NCBI RefSeq assembly: GCF_009914755.1
Contig: NC_060946.1
Strand: one strand, 5' to 3'
Length of the DNA stretch: 64,000 bases
Origin: the human T2T-CHM13v2.0 reference genome, Homo sapiens
Both the position numbers and the translations under genes were made by a program. The notes under the pieces were generated by a model. It was given only the letters and a program-made list of their open reading frames with translations. It did not search any database and was not told the origin of the DNA. Shown one piece after another: positions 39,895 to 64,000 of the stretch (positions are counted from its first letter, which is position 1; the number at the start of each line of letters is the position of its first letter).

Positions 39895-40456
39895 AAAAAG
39901 AAATTTTTATCTGAGGAACGAGAGCCCCCTTTAATTATCAGGCCCAGAGAGGCACTGAAATGTGATGGGGTGTCACAGCAGTCACGCCTCACTCCCACCT
40001 TGACGCCACTTGCTAGGTGGGTTCTAGACTAACCGATGTCAAGTAGCCATAAAATGTCATATGCTGGACACCATAATGTAGGGGCCAAGGGAAAACTTCC
40101 CCTTTACCCTCTGAAAGTTCAAGGAAAAATCAACTCACAAAAGGCAGATTAATTGGAAAACAAGGTGTACCAAGTTATTAGCATGCGTTGGGGGAGAATC
40201 ACAGAGTCATTGCCGAATATCCCAGTGGGATAAAGATGCTGATATACCCTGCTTCTTAGGGGAAAGGGCGATGGGAATCTCTCCTTTGATACTCAGCTGG
40301 AGCCAGACTCCTCCAGGAAGCCCCCCCTGACTTCCCACTCCTACAACGCACTACACTGGCCACTCCCTCCTCCTCGGCAGCACTGGACCCTGAGGAGAGG
40401 CGTCTCCCGATGGGCCACAGCAGGCACTTGATCACCCCAGGGCTAGCAGGAGATAG

Positions 40457-43006
<2,550 letters not shown>

Positions 43007-43017
43007 AACATACAATG

Positions 43018-43330
<313 letters not shown>

Positions 43331-43691
43331 GGAAACCATACAATGCCCTGGGACAAAGTCTGTTGGGCCTGAAGAGCAAACAGTAGATTGTGACAAGTCT
43401 GTCCAGGTGTGCTGACAGATTTCAGTCTTTCTTCCTGTGATAAGAGTTCAGTTAAGGAAGACTCACAGGAGGGACCAGAGCTCATTGTTTTCTTCTTTGG
43501 CAGGTCCAGACTTCAGGCAGATAGAGAACTTCAGAGAACAACTTCATCCTGAGCTCTGGCTGACAGATTGACACAGAGGCAGGGAGAGGTCATAGAGACC
43601 TTGTGGCTTCTTCTTCAGTTCAGTGCTATATTTTGGGGTATCAGTTTCTGATCCCCAGCAATAACTCATACTCTATAGTTCAACAGTAACC

Positions 43692-44012
<321 letters not shown>

Positions 44013-44039
44013 GTATAGCCAATCACTAACACATGTTAT

Positions 44040-44946
<907 letters not shown>

Positions 44947-44947
44947 G

Positions 44948-45387
<440 letters not shown>

Positions 45388-46063
45388 AGTGTCTTTCTTT
45401 AGGTCGACAGTCCCTGTAACAATACACCAGAGGCATAGGTATAAAAATATGGTCTTACCTTTTTCATTAGTGTGGAAAATAAAGTGTGTGTGCAAGGTGA
45501 AAAAAAATCTAAACAATTCAGGGAACTAGCTGCTGGCTAGGGGACATTGAAGCTGTGCTCAGCCTTTTGCTTCTTTAAACACTTGTACTGTGTAAATAAG
45601 TTCAGATTAACCTGGAGGAGAAATTCACAGAAGTAGATTGGCTGGTTAAATGGCACAAGCATTTTCTATCTAGAGTTGTACCAGTTGACGCCGCCACCAA
45701 CCTACAACAGAGCCTGGGTCCCCATGCAGTCACTGGCGTTTGGAGCCTTCACCTTTTTTGCTCTTTGCCAGATAGACAGAGCCTTCACCATGTTGCTGGG
45801 TGGTGTGACGTTTCCCAGAACTCCCTCCTGCGTGTTTCTGGTTAGGGTGAGCCACAAGAGATTCCCATGCAAGATTTGGCAGAAGTGAAACTTAAGTCAT
45901 TTTCTTAGCTCGCTCTCCAGTCACGGCCACAGGCAGAGCCCAGGCCTGCAACTGTTCTGCCTTCCCTTGGATCTGCCTTCAACTGTGCCGACTCCTGGGC
46001 CAGATGTGTGACAAAAGGTCTCAGCTTTTCAGGAAACCCTTGTCACCCATGGCAACAAGATAG

Positions 46064-48840
<2,777 letters not shown>

Positions 48841-48870
48841 CCCAGCAGCATGGCTTCAAATTGCATTTTA

Positions 48871-49492
<622 letters not shown>

Positions 49493-49564
49493 TAGAGGCG
49501 GGGTTTCGCCATGTTGGCCAGGCTGGTCTCAAACTCCTGTTCTTAACTGTTCTAGCCGCCTTGG

Positions 49565-49805
49565 TGTGATGGTTACTACGGGAATGAACGAAGGGGGATG
49601 AACATAGAAATGAAAACAAATACAAAAGGATTTTTTAAAGAGGGAGTCGGGGGCTCCTTGCTTCTAGTAGGCAAAGGCAGCCCTGAGCTTCTAGAGTCCT
49701 TCACTTTTATTGGGTAGAAAGAGCTGGGAGGAGGAGGTAATGATTGGTCAGCTCCTTGATTGATCACAGTATTGTTAACAGGCTTCAGATGTGCAGCCTG
49801 CAACA
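49565..49805 (-). mobile_element. Internally deleted ERVK-class solo LTR (LTR3/HML-6-like) inserted in an antisense Alu (49322-49857)
   Basis: TG...CA termini; 6-bp TSD CCTTGG at 49559-49564 and 49806-49811; AATAAA on the minus strand. Confidence 0.7.
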
Positions 49806-50796
49806 CCTTGGCCTTCCAAAGTGCTGGGATTACAGGCATGATCCACCGCACCTGGCCTCTTTTCCCATTCTATGCCCCCATGCCTTATGCACTATTTACT
49901 TACCTAGCCGCTTGCTAAGAACACACCACACTCACTTATCTGGTCATATATTTCCTTAGAAGCTTCAGAGGCCAGATCCTGATACGGACCAGACACCTCT
50001 AGCCATGACGGCACCGGCCCTTTCACCAGATGAAACAATAATTCAAGACAAGCCATTGGAGTGAGTCACGCCACCTGATACCTCCCAGCCCCTCTGCCTT
50101 TTCTGCATTCCAAATCCTCTCTTAAAATACCCCCGCATTCGGGGCCAGGCGCGGTGGCTCACGCCTGTAATCCTAGCATTTTGGGAGGCCGAGGTGGATC
50201 ACGAGGCCAGGAGATCGAGACCATCCTGGCTAACACGGTGAAACCCCGTCTCTACTGAAAATACAGAAAAAAAAAAAAAAAAAATTAGCCAGGCTTGGTG
50301 GCGGGCACCTGTAGTCCCAGCTACTCAGGAGGCTGAGGCAGTGGAATGGCATGAACCCAGGAGGCAGAGCTTGCAATGAGCAGAAATCGTGCTACTGCAC
50401 TCCGGCCTGGGTGACAGAGCGAGACTCCCTCTCAAAAAACAAACAGAAACACCTGCATTCTCTCCACAAACTGAAGAGTGTAAATTTTTGGAAAGAATTA
50501 CACTCACTCCTCCCTTGCTAGCATGGATAATCACATCTCACTCTCTCTTCTTATCACACCTCACTCTTGTTACATGGGCTTCTTTTTACAAGTAAGCAGC
50601 GGACCCTTTTGCCGGTTGCAAATCAGGGTATGAATGTGGCGAGAAATGGAGTATACCCTCTGTTTATTTAGGTTTTCCTTAATTTCTCTCAATTATGCTT
50701 TGCAGTGGTCAGTGCAGAAGTCTTGCATATCTTTGTTAGTTTTACATCTAGGTTTTTAACTTTTTTATGCTATTGTGAAAGGAAAATAAAAACTCA

Positions 50797-51523
<727 letters not shown>

Positions 51524-51628
51524 TCAATACCTCCAGTCTATGTTCACCTTATCTTGAGTTCAATATCTCCACTCGATGTTCACCTAATCTTGTGTAAAGT
51601 GCTGATTTACTGATTTACTGAGCACAAG

Positions 51629-52167
51629 TATCAGAGGCGTGTGAACCAGAGCAACTCCATCTTGAATAGGGGCTGGGTAAAATGAGGATGAGACCTACTG
51701 GGCTGCATTCCCAAGAGGTCAAGTCATTCTTAGTCACAGGATGAGATAGGAGGTCGGCACAAGATACACGTCATAAAGACCTTGCTGATAAAACAGGTTG
51801 CAGTAAAGAAGCCAGCTAAAACCCACCAAAACCAAGATGGCAACGAGAGTGACCTCAGGTCTTCCTCAGTACTACACTCTCACTGGCGCCATGACAGTTT
51901 ACAAATGCTGTGGCAATGTCAGGAAGTTAACCTATGTGGTCTAAAAAGGGGAGGCATAAATAATCTATCCCTTGTTTCACATATAATAAAAAATAACCAT
52001 AAAAATGGGCAACCAGCTGCCCTCCACACTGCTCTGTCTATGGAGTAGCCATTCTTTTATTCCTTTACTGTCTTAATCAACTTACTATGGACTTGCCCTG
52101 AATTCTTTCTTGCTGGAGATCCAAGAACCTTCTTTGGGGTCTGGATTGGGACCTCTTTCTGGTAATG
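51629..52167 (+). mobile_element. MER41A-like solo LTR
   Basis: T(G/A)TCAGAGGCG...GAACCAGAGCAACTCCATCTTGAATAGG start; 4-bp TSD CAAG; lacks the GAS-bearing segment of MER41B. Confidence 0.85.
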
Positions 52168-52215
52168 CAAGAGGAATACGTAATTTACTCTTCCCCTACC
52201 TGCTCCTTTGTGCTT

Positions 52216-52220
<5 letters not shown>

Positions 52221-52274
<54 letters not shown>
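52221..52274. repeat. Compound microsatellite (CT)19(AT)8
   Basis: Read directly; a mirror (TA)n(GA)n tract lies at 52456-52515. Confidence 0.95.
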
Positions 52275-53003
52275 GGCTGTTTGTAAGAAAGAGCGCCCAA
52301 CTGAAATCAGCCAGAAGCCCCTCTCAGGTTTATTCTCTAGAATAAACCTGTCTTTAACTGTTGAGCCACTTTTCATGTTTCCTTCCTCTTTCTTTAACTG
52401 TTATAGTCATTATCTGTAGATACTCGAGAAACTGTTAGAAATAGGTGAATTGAGCTATATATATAGAGAGAGAGAGAGAAAGAAGGAGAGAGAGAGAGGG
52501 AGAGAGAGAGAGAGACACTGGGTCTTGCTCTGTCACCCAGGGTGGAGTACAGTGGGGCAATCATGGCTCACAGTAGCCTGGACCTCCTGGGCTCAATCGA
52601 TCCTTGTGCTTCAGCCTGCTGAGTAGCAGGGACTGCAGGCATGCACCACCATATCTGGCCAATTTTTGTATTTTTTTGTAGAGATGGGGTTTCACGATGT
52701 TCCTCAGGCTGGTCTTGAACTCCTGGGCTCAAGCAATCTTCTCACCTCACTCTTCTTTTTTAAATTTTGAAGCCCTCAAAGTCACCTTTGGGGAAAGGCA
52801 CAGACCATAGGCTGCTTCTGTGATTCCATTTTTTTTCCCCTCCTGGGCATTGTCCTTAACCTTGGCAAAATAAACTCTTAAGTTGATTGAGACCTGTTTC
52901 AGATGCTTTTTGATTCACACTACTACAAGCGATTTTACTTCAAAAAAGGTTTTTTTGTTTATGGCTGGTACGTAGAAATAACATTGATTTTTGCATATAT
53001 TCC

Positions 53004-54228
<1,225 letters not shown>

Positions 54229-54275
54229 CAATTCACCTATTTCTAACCGTTTCTTGAGTATCTACAGATAATGAC

Positions 54276-54813
54276 TGTAAGAGTTAAAGAAAGAGGAAGG
54301 AAACATGAAAAGTGGCTCAACAGTCAAAGACAGGTTTATTCTCCAGAGGGGCTTCTGGCTGATTTCAGTCAGGGGCACTCTCTCTTACAAACAGTCATTT
54401 GTAGTTTTCTTTCTGTGAACAGTGAATCACATCCCTGTGCATATTTCTACTGGATACTTGGTCTTTAATACTAATAGTATTTATTGGTTTTTTAGGGTTA
54501 GAGGGCTTATCACAAGCTTGGAATGTTTCTGTGTGGGGGAGAAGTTTATGGGGGGGTTGGAATGTCTCTGGTCCCAGGGGAGGTTATCTTGGGGCTAATG
54601 TCTCTCTGGCCGGAGGGGAGGTTATCTCGGGGCTGGCATGTCTCTGGTCAGGGAGGGCTTTAGAATGTTTCTGGTTGGAGATGTTATTTGTGGTTTATGG
54701 TCATGCTGACCTTAGCCATTAGGCTGATGCCCTTTGGATTTAGGCAGTTTTTGATCAAGGTGAACTTTAAAATGATGGTGCTTGTCCAAGATGGCAATGC
54801 TCCTGCTCTGTCA
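54276..54813 (-). mobile_element. ERV solo LTR carrying an 82-bp foreign insert
   Basis: TG...CA termini; 5-bp TSD ATGAC at 54271-54275 and 54814-54818. Confidence 0.8.
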
Positions 54814-56285
54814 ATGACAGTCTTATGTCCTCCTTTCCAACCTTTATGGCTTTTGTTTTTCTCACCTTATTACATTGGCTAAAACTTCCCCTGTAATACT
54901 GGAAGGAAATAATGAAATAATTCTTAGCTTGGTTTCAATCTCAAAAGGGAGGCTTTTTATGTTGTACCTTTAAGCATGACATTTACTGTAGGTTTTTGTA
55001 GCCACGATTTATCAGATTAAGGAAGTTTCCTTTCATTCCTAGTTGCTGAGAGTTTTTATTGTAACTGAATGTTGGCAAATTTTATCAAATGCTTTTCTGC
55101 ATCTACTGAGATGGTGAGTGACTTTTCTTCTTTATTCTGTGAGTGTGGTGAATTGTGTTGCTTGATTTTCTTTTTTCTTTTCTTTTTGTTTTGTGACAGG
55201 GTCAGGCCCTGTCATCCAGGCTCGGGGGCAGTGGTGTGATCATGGCTCACTATAGCTTTCCACCTCCCAGGCTCAAGTGATCCCCCAACCTCAGCCTCCC
55301 GAGTAGCTGGGACTACAGGCGCATGCCACCATGCCCAGCTAATTTTTGCATTTTCTGATAGAGACAGGGTTTTACCATGTTGGCTCGGCTGGTCTCGAAC
55401 TTCTGGGCTCAAGCGATCCATAGGCTTCAGCCTCCTAAAGTGCTGGAATTACAGGTGTGAGGCTTCATTTTCTAATGTTCAGCCAATCTTGCATTCCTGG
55501 AACAAACCTAAATTGGTGGTGACGCATATTTTTTCCTTTCAAGCCCTGGTTTCTTCATGTTTTAAGGGCTATGCATCTCTGTTCATGAATCAAATAGCCC
55601 TAGACTTTTCCTTCTTGACATTTTTTTGGCCAGGTTTTGCTTTCAAGGTTATGCTAGCTTCTTCAAAGACGTTGAGCAACCTTTCCTCTTTTCTGTTCTC
55701 TGGAAGTTTGTGTAAGACTGGTATTTTTTCTTTCATCAGGGTTTCAAAGAATTCACTGAGGAAGTTCTGGGCTCGGAGTCACTTCCTCTGGCCCTGTGGG
55801 ATCTCACTGTTGTTTGAATTGGCAATGTTTATTTATGAGTAGGCTTGAGAACTTTTTGTCTGTTGAAACAGCCATTTGTAGTTTTCTTTCTGCAAACAAT
55901 GAGTCACATCCCTGTTCATATTTCTACTGGATACTTGGTCTCTAATATTAAATATTTAAGTATTTAAATATTTCAAAAACCAGCCCCACATCATGTATTG
56001 AAACTGTTTTTCTCCAGGTTTTTCACTGGTCTTTTGTTGTTGTTGTTGTTGTTGTTGATAATAGAGATGAGATCTTACTGTGTTGCTCAGGCTGGTCTCA
56101 AACTCCTGGGCTCAAGTGATCCACCTACCTGAGGCACCCAAAGTGCTGAGATCACAGGTGGGAACCATTGTGTTCAGCTTTATGTAAAAAAAAAAAAATT
56201 CTGAAAAGACCAGTGAAGGCTGGGCACAGTGGCTCACACCTGAGATCCCAGCACTTTGAAAGGCTTAGGTGGGTGGATTGCTTCA

Positions 56286-56688
<403 letters not shown>

Positions 56689-56826
56689 CTAAATTTAAAT
56701 TTTTAATTTTTACATGTTCATATTTATTAGCTTTTTTCTTTTATGGCTTTTTGGTTTTATGACATGCCTAAAAAGGCCTGCCCCACTCTAAGAACATAAA
56801 CAAAATTTGCCCATGTGTTCTTGTGA

Positions 56827-57027
<201 letters not shown>

Positions 57028-57178
57028 TAGTCTCCCCATCTATAAAACTGGTATAATCACAGCTCCCCTTCTGGAGAGAATTACATAAATTAACGCATGT
57101 AAAGGAATAGAATAGCACCCAGCCCAACTCATGCCGTTTCTGTTGTATTAAGATATATATTCGGGTTAAGGGAAGTTC

Positions 57179-57607
57179 TGTGAAAGGACCATATGTGCAA
57201 AGAGACCCCCACATGCTGAAGGAGCCAAGAAACCAAAGAAGGAGGCCGACAAATCAAGTTTGTTGGTGTGGCACAATTCATTACGGGAAACTTACAGACA
57301 GAAGCATGGTCTTGGGCAGCCACAAGACAAGTAATCGTGCACACGGCAAATCCCCAGACCCAGGACTTGTATCTTGGGGAAAATATATGTACCCTGTTAG
57401 GAATGTGTAAGTGGCCACAGTTGTCACAGCCTGTGATTTCTGCAACAGCATCGAGGGTGATTTTGGAGGAAATGTACAGTGATTAGGTGTTTCTGCATAA
57501 TGAGTAAAATACATCAACTACACATTTTGGAGGCATTCCCAGACTCAGGGTTAGTTAGAAGTTATATGGTGAATTAGCATTTAAGATACAGTCACTTTTG
57601 TCCTCAC
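57179..57607 (-). mobile_element. LTR47-like (ERVL) solo LTR
   Basis: Minus strand begins TGTGAGGACAAAAGTGACT...TGCTAAT...GGGAATGCCTC. Confidence 0.6.
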
Positions 57608-57657
57608 AAAGGCGTATCCATCCATTCCCATTTTATTCAGTGTTTTTTTTTTTTTTA

Positions 57658-59463
<1,806 letters not shown>

Positions 59464-60121
59464 CAAAACAAAACAAAAGCTGAGGCAGGAGGATCTCTTG
59501 AGCCTAGGAGGTCAAGGCTGCAGTGAGCTGTGATCGCACCACTCCACTCCAGCATGGGCAACAGAGTGAGACCTGTCTTTAAAAAAAAAAAAAAAAAAGA
59601 ATGGGTGTTAAATATTGTCAAATGCGTCTTCAGTCTCGATGGAGTGATTTTTTTCTCCTCTGGTGAAAGGTAAGAGCTAAGAGTCACGGTCAGGGACATA
59701 CTGAGAAGATCTTCCTTGCAATATTAGCGTTGGCTCCACTAGGGTAGGTAAGTCATGTTGTTCTTTTTAATGTACTACTGGATTCTCTTTTTTAATTATA
59801 TATTCTCCAATTTTGTTAGGATTTTGCTTTGCATCATAAACACAATTAGTCTGCGGTTTTCTTTGCCAAGTTTGGGGTCAGTGCTACGCTGGCTTCATAA
59901 AGCAGATGTGCAAATTTTCCTCCTTATTCTATGGTGTGGGAGCTTAATTGGCAGAAGAGATCTCAGGTCCTGACAACACGACACACTTAACCTGTGGAAC
60001 TTTCCAGAAGAGTGTTTAAGGCAGGACAGTGTTCTGACAATGTTCTCAATTCCTTTTTATGATCACTGATGTGTTTAGACCTTTGCCCATTATTTTTGGT
60101 TTCATTTGTCACTTATATTTA

Positions 60122-60546
<425 letters not shown>

Positions 60547-60829
60547 ACTCAACTCCATTTATATTGTCCTAGAAAGGCTTTTATTATGTCCAAGTTTTCA
60601 AATTTATTAAAATAAAGATGAGTAATCTTTTAAGTTCCCCTATAGATGTGATTATTTCTTCATTCTCATTTCTTATTTTGTGTATTCATTTGTACCAATT
60701 CACTAGCTAATAGCCTATCTTTTTTTTTTTCAAAGACCTATTATTCTGATTTCAAATTTATCAGTTTCTGCTTCAGTTGTTCCTGAGTTCTTTCGCTTTC
60801 TTTATTTTTCCTTTACTGACTTTTTTATT

Positions 60830-61806
<977 letters not shown>

Positions 61807-63464
61807 TAAGCAAATGAATTTTCCTCCGAGCCCTGCATTAGCTGTATCCTGAAGGGTCAGATCTGTATTGATTACAGTGTTAGTTGAAGATGTCGCCCTT
61901 TTGGTATTGATTTCCTCTGTGTAACAAGATGTTTCAAAAGCCAGCTGTAAGAGTCTCTGGCTGGGCTGGGAATGCACACTGGCTGGCACTGCTGGTGGTG
62001 CAGAATGGATGTAGGGGCAGGGCCTGGGCAAGTCTCCCAGGGTGGGATGAGCAGGGAGGGAGAGGAATGGGCTTCCTCCAGGGCCTCAGGAACCAAGGAA
62101 GTCTCTGCACTACCTCCAGGCAGGGTCAGATGTGCATTTTCCAAAGCTTATTGCATTAGGAGTGGGGAGTAGACTGTGGTGGTGCCAGCAGCAAAAAGAT
62201 GGAAAAGAGAGAAGGAGGTGGAGTCAGGGCTGAACCACACAGCTGGAGGGAAGAGGGGGGTTCTACGAGTAGCGCAGGAGGGAGGCGAGGCAGGCACCGC
62301 AGAGCTTCCAGCTGCCTCAGGGCCGACTTCCATTTGGCACTTTGAGTCCAAGGTGCCTGTGCACCTTGTCCAGATGCTCTGGAGGTGGTTGCTCGGGTAT
62401 GTGGGTCTGAGACTCCAAACAGCTCGGCCAAAGCCGACATGGAGATCCATCAGTTCACAAGTAGTGAATGAGCCTTCTCAGGTGGGTGGCAGTCCCAGGG
62501 TGGCCAAGGGTCCAGGGAGTGCACCCTCACTCTGCAGGTGAGTCAGAATCAGGCACCACAGAGCCAGGGTTGCACCCCTGCTGGGGGGAACAGGAGCCCC
62601 TTTTCCTCTCCCCGACACACAGGGACAAAGTTATCATGCTCTTTGGGTGCCACTGGGAGGCACTGATGGGAGAGACTGGCCAGGCCTTCCCAAGCAAGCT
62701 CCAGGCAGCCTCCCAGCACCCCGGCCCAGGCGCAGGTGTGGTCTGGGAGCACAGAGCCAGGTTCCCACCGTGGGGCACCTGAGGTTTGTGCCTAGCAGCC
62801 TTCTCCTCCTTTGGTTCCCTTTTCCTTTTTGGTCCACAGGGTTTGGGACAGGTGGCTGCTACCAACAGCTCTCAAGGTGGCCCCACAGACCTGAGCCAAC
62901 CACTTCTCCTCAGCCCTCCCCTGCCCATGAAGACTGCTCAGAGGGGCCCCATTGAGAGCTGGATCTGGGACTTTGTTTAAACTGCAAGGAGAGAAGCTCT
63001 GTCACCCTGCAGGGCGTGAAGTTCAGCTGAAGCCATTGAGATCATGGCCTGGGAGCCTATCTAGCAGGAGGCTACCACACGGAGGGCCCTGACGGTGTGA
63101 GTTCGGCCTCTGGATCCCACCACACTGAAGCACTCCAGAGACTCCCTTCTCTCTAAACCCACCAGTTCTGCTCCCTGGACCCCTGACCCAGCCGTGCTGC
63201 TTTCAAAGATCTGTCTTCCACTGCCTCCCAAAGCCAGATCGCAGGAGAAGCTGGTGGTCTCGCATCTGCCTGAATTCTGACAGCGGCCCACGAGAGTCGG
63301 TGATGATGGCAGGTCTGCCCAAGTGGTGGGCCGGCTTGGCCCCCTCATCTCAAAGTGAGCCATGTTTTGCTCCCAGACCTTCCTCCTAGTCTGCCAGACC
63401 ACCTCTTCCAGCCATGCAGTCAAGCCCAGATTAGGAATTAGCCCCATCCAGCCCCTCTCCCACA

Positions 63465-64000
63465 TACAACCTCCAAATATATCCACATCCCAATCCCTAG
63501 AACCCAAGATTAGACCTTATATGGCAAAAGTGACTTTGAAGATGTGATTCAATTTTTTGAGATGGGGAGATTATCCTGGACCATCCAGGTGGACCCACTA
63601 TGCCCCCAAAATTCACGTGTTGAAAGCTAATCACCAATGTGATAGCGTTAGCAGGTGGGGCCTTTGGGATGTGGTTAGGTCATGAGGGTAGAGCCCTCAT
63701 GAATGGGATTAGTGCCCTATAAAAGAGACCCCAGAAGCCAGGCATAGTGGGCTGCACCTACAGTCCCAGCTACTGAGGAGGCTGAGGCAGGAAGATCTCT
63801 TGGGTACAGGAGTGAGCTATGATCACGCCATTGTACTCCAGCCTTGGTGACAGAGTGAGACCCTGTCTCTAAAGTAATTAAATAAAAGAGACCCCAGAGA
63901 GCTAGCTAGCTTCTTCCACTATGTCAGTTAGAAGGTGCCATGTATGAGGACATGGGCCCTCACAGGACATCAAATCTGCCAGTACCTTGATCTTGGACTT
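63465..64000 (+). mobile_element. MaLR LTR remnants (MLT1/MST-like) with an inserted Alu monomer (63737-63885)
   Basis: GGCAAAAG.GACTTTG.AGATGTGATT...GAGATTATCCTGG and CCCCCAAAATTCA.GTGTTGAAA motifs; Alu TSD AAAAGAGACCCCAGA. Confidence 0.75.

Noticed and set aside
51629-52167. MER41 as an interferon-gamma/STAT1 enhancer
   Set aside because: The sequence runs AAAAAGGGGAGG-CATAAATAAT directly, lacking the tandem GAS segment of MER41B; it is the MER41A type.

Overview
This is mammalian genomic DNA; I recognise it as human 22q11.23 from the encoded proteins. Bases 1-26.2 kb hold the 3' part of CABIN1 (+ strand): a long intron with an internal CpG island (~3.4-4.8 kb), then the last 8 coding exons (638 aa, stop at 25808-25810, AATAAA at 26225). 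Bases 29.1-36.7 kb hold the complete 15-exon SUSD2 gene (+ strand; the exons join in frame to 2469 nt = 822 aa plus stop). Bases 39.6-61.8 kb are an AT-rich block built almost entirely of nested transposons: about 30 Alus, several ERV LTRs, a 5'-inverted L1PA2-type element and an LTR5_Hs-type HERV-K solo LTR. The best leads are three. (1) An intragenic CABIN1 promoter has two in-frame ATG-bearing first-exon candidates, a uORF and a perfect MEF2/TATA element, which could make a short calcineurin/MEF2-inhibitor isoform in a feedback loop. (2) The LTR5_Hs carries OCT and SOX motifs ~29 kb from SUSD2. (3) A chain of local templated duplications (55.9 kb to 54.4 kb, then inverted into a microsatellite at 52.3 kb) sits among repeated re-use of identical retrotransposon target sites. 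Repeat family names come from my memory of consensus sequences, not from a RepeatMasker run. Most ORFs in the supplied track are GC-rich or Alu artefacts.
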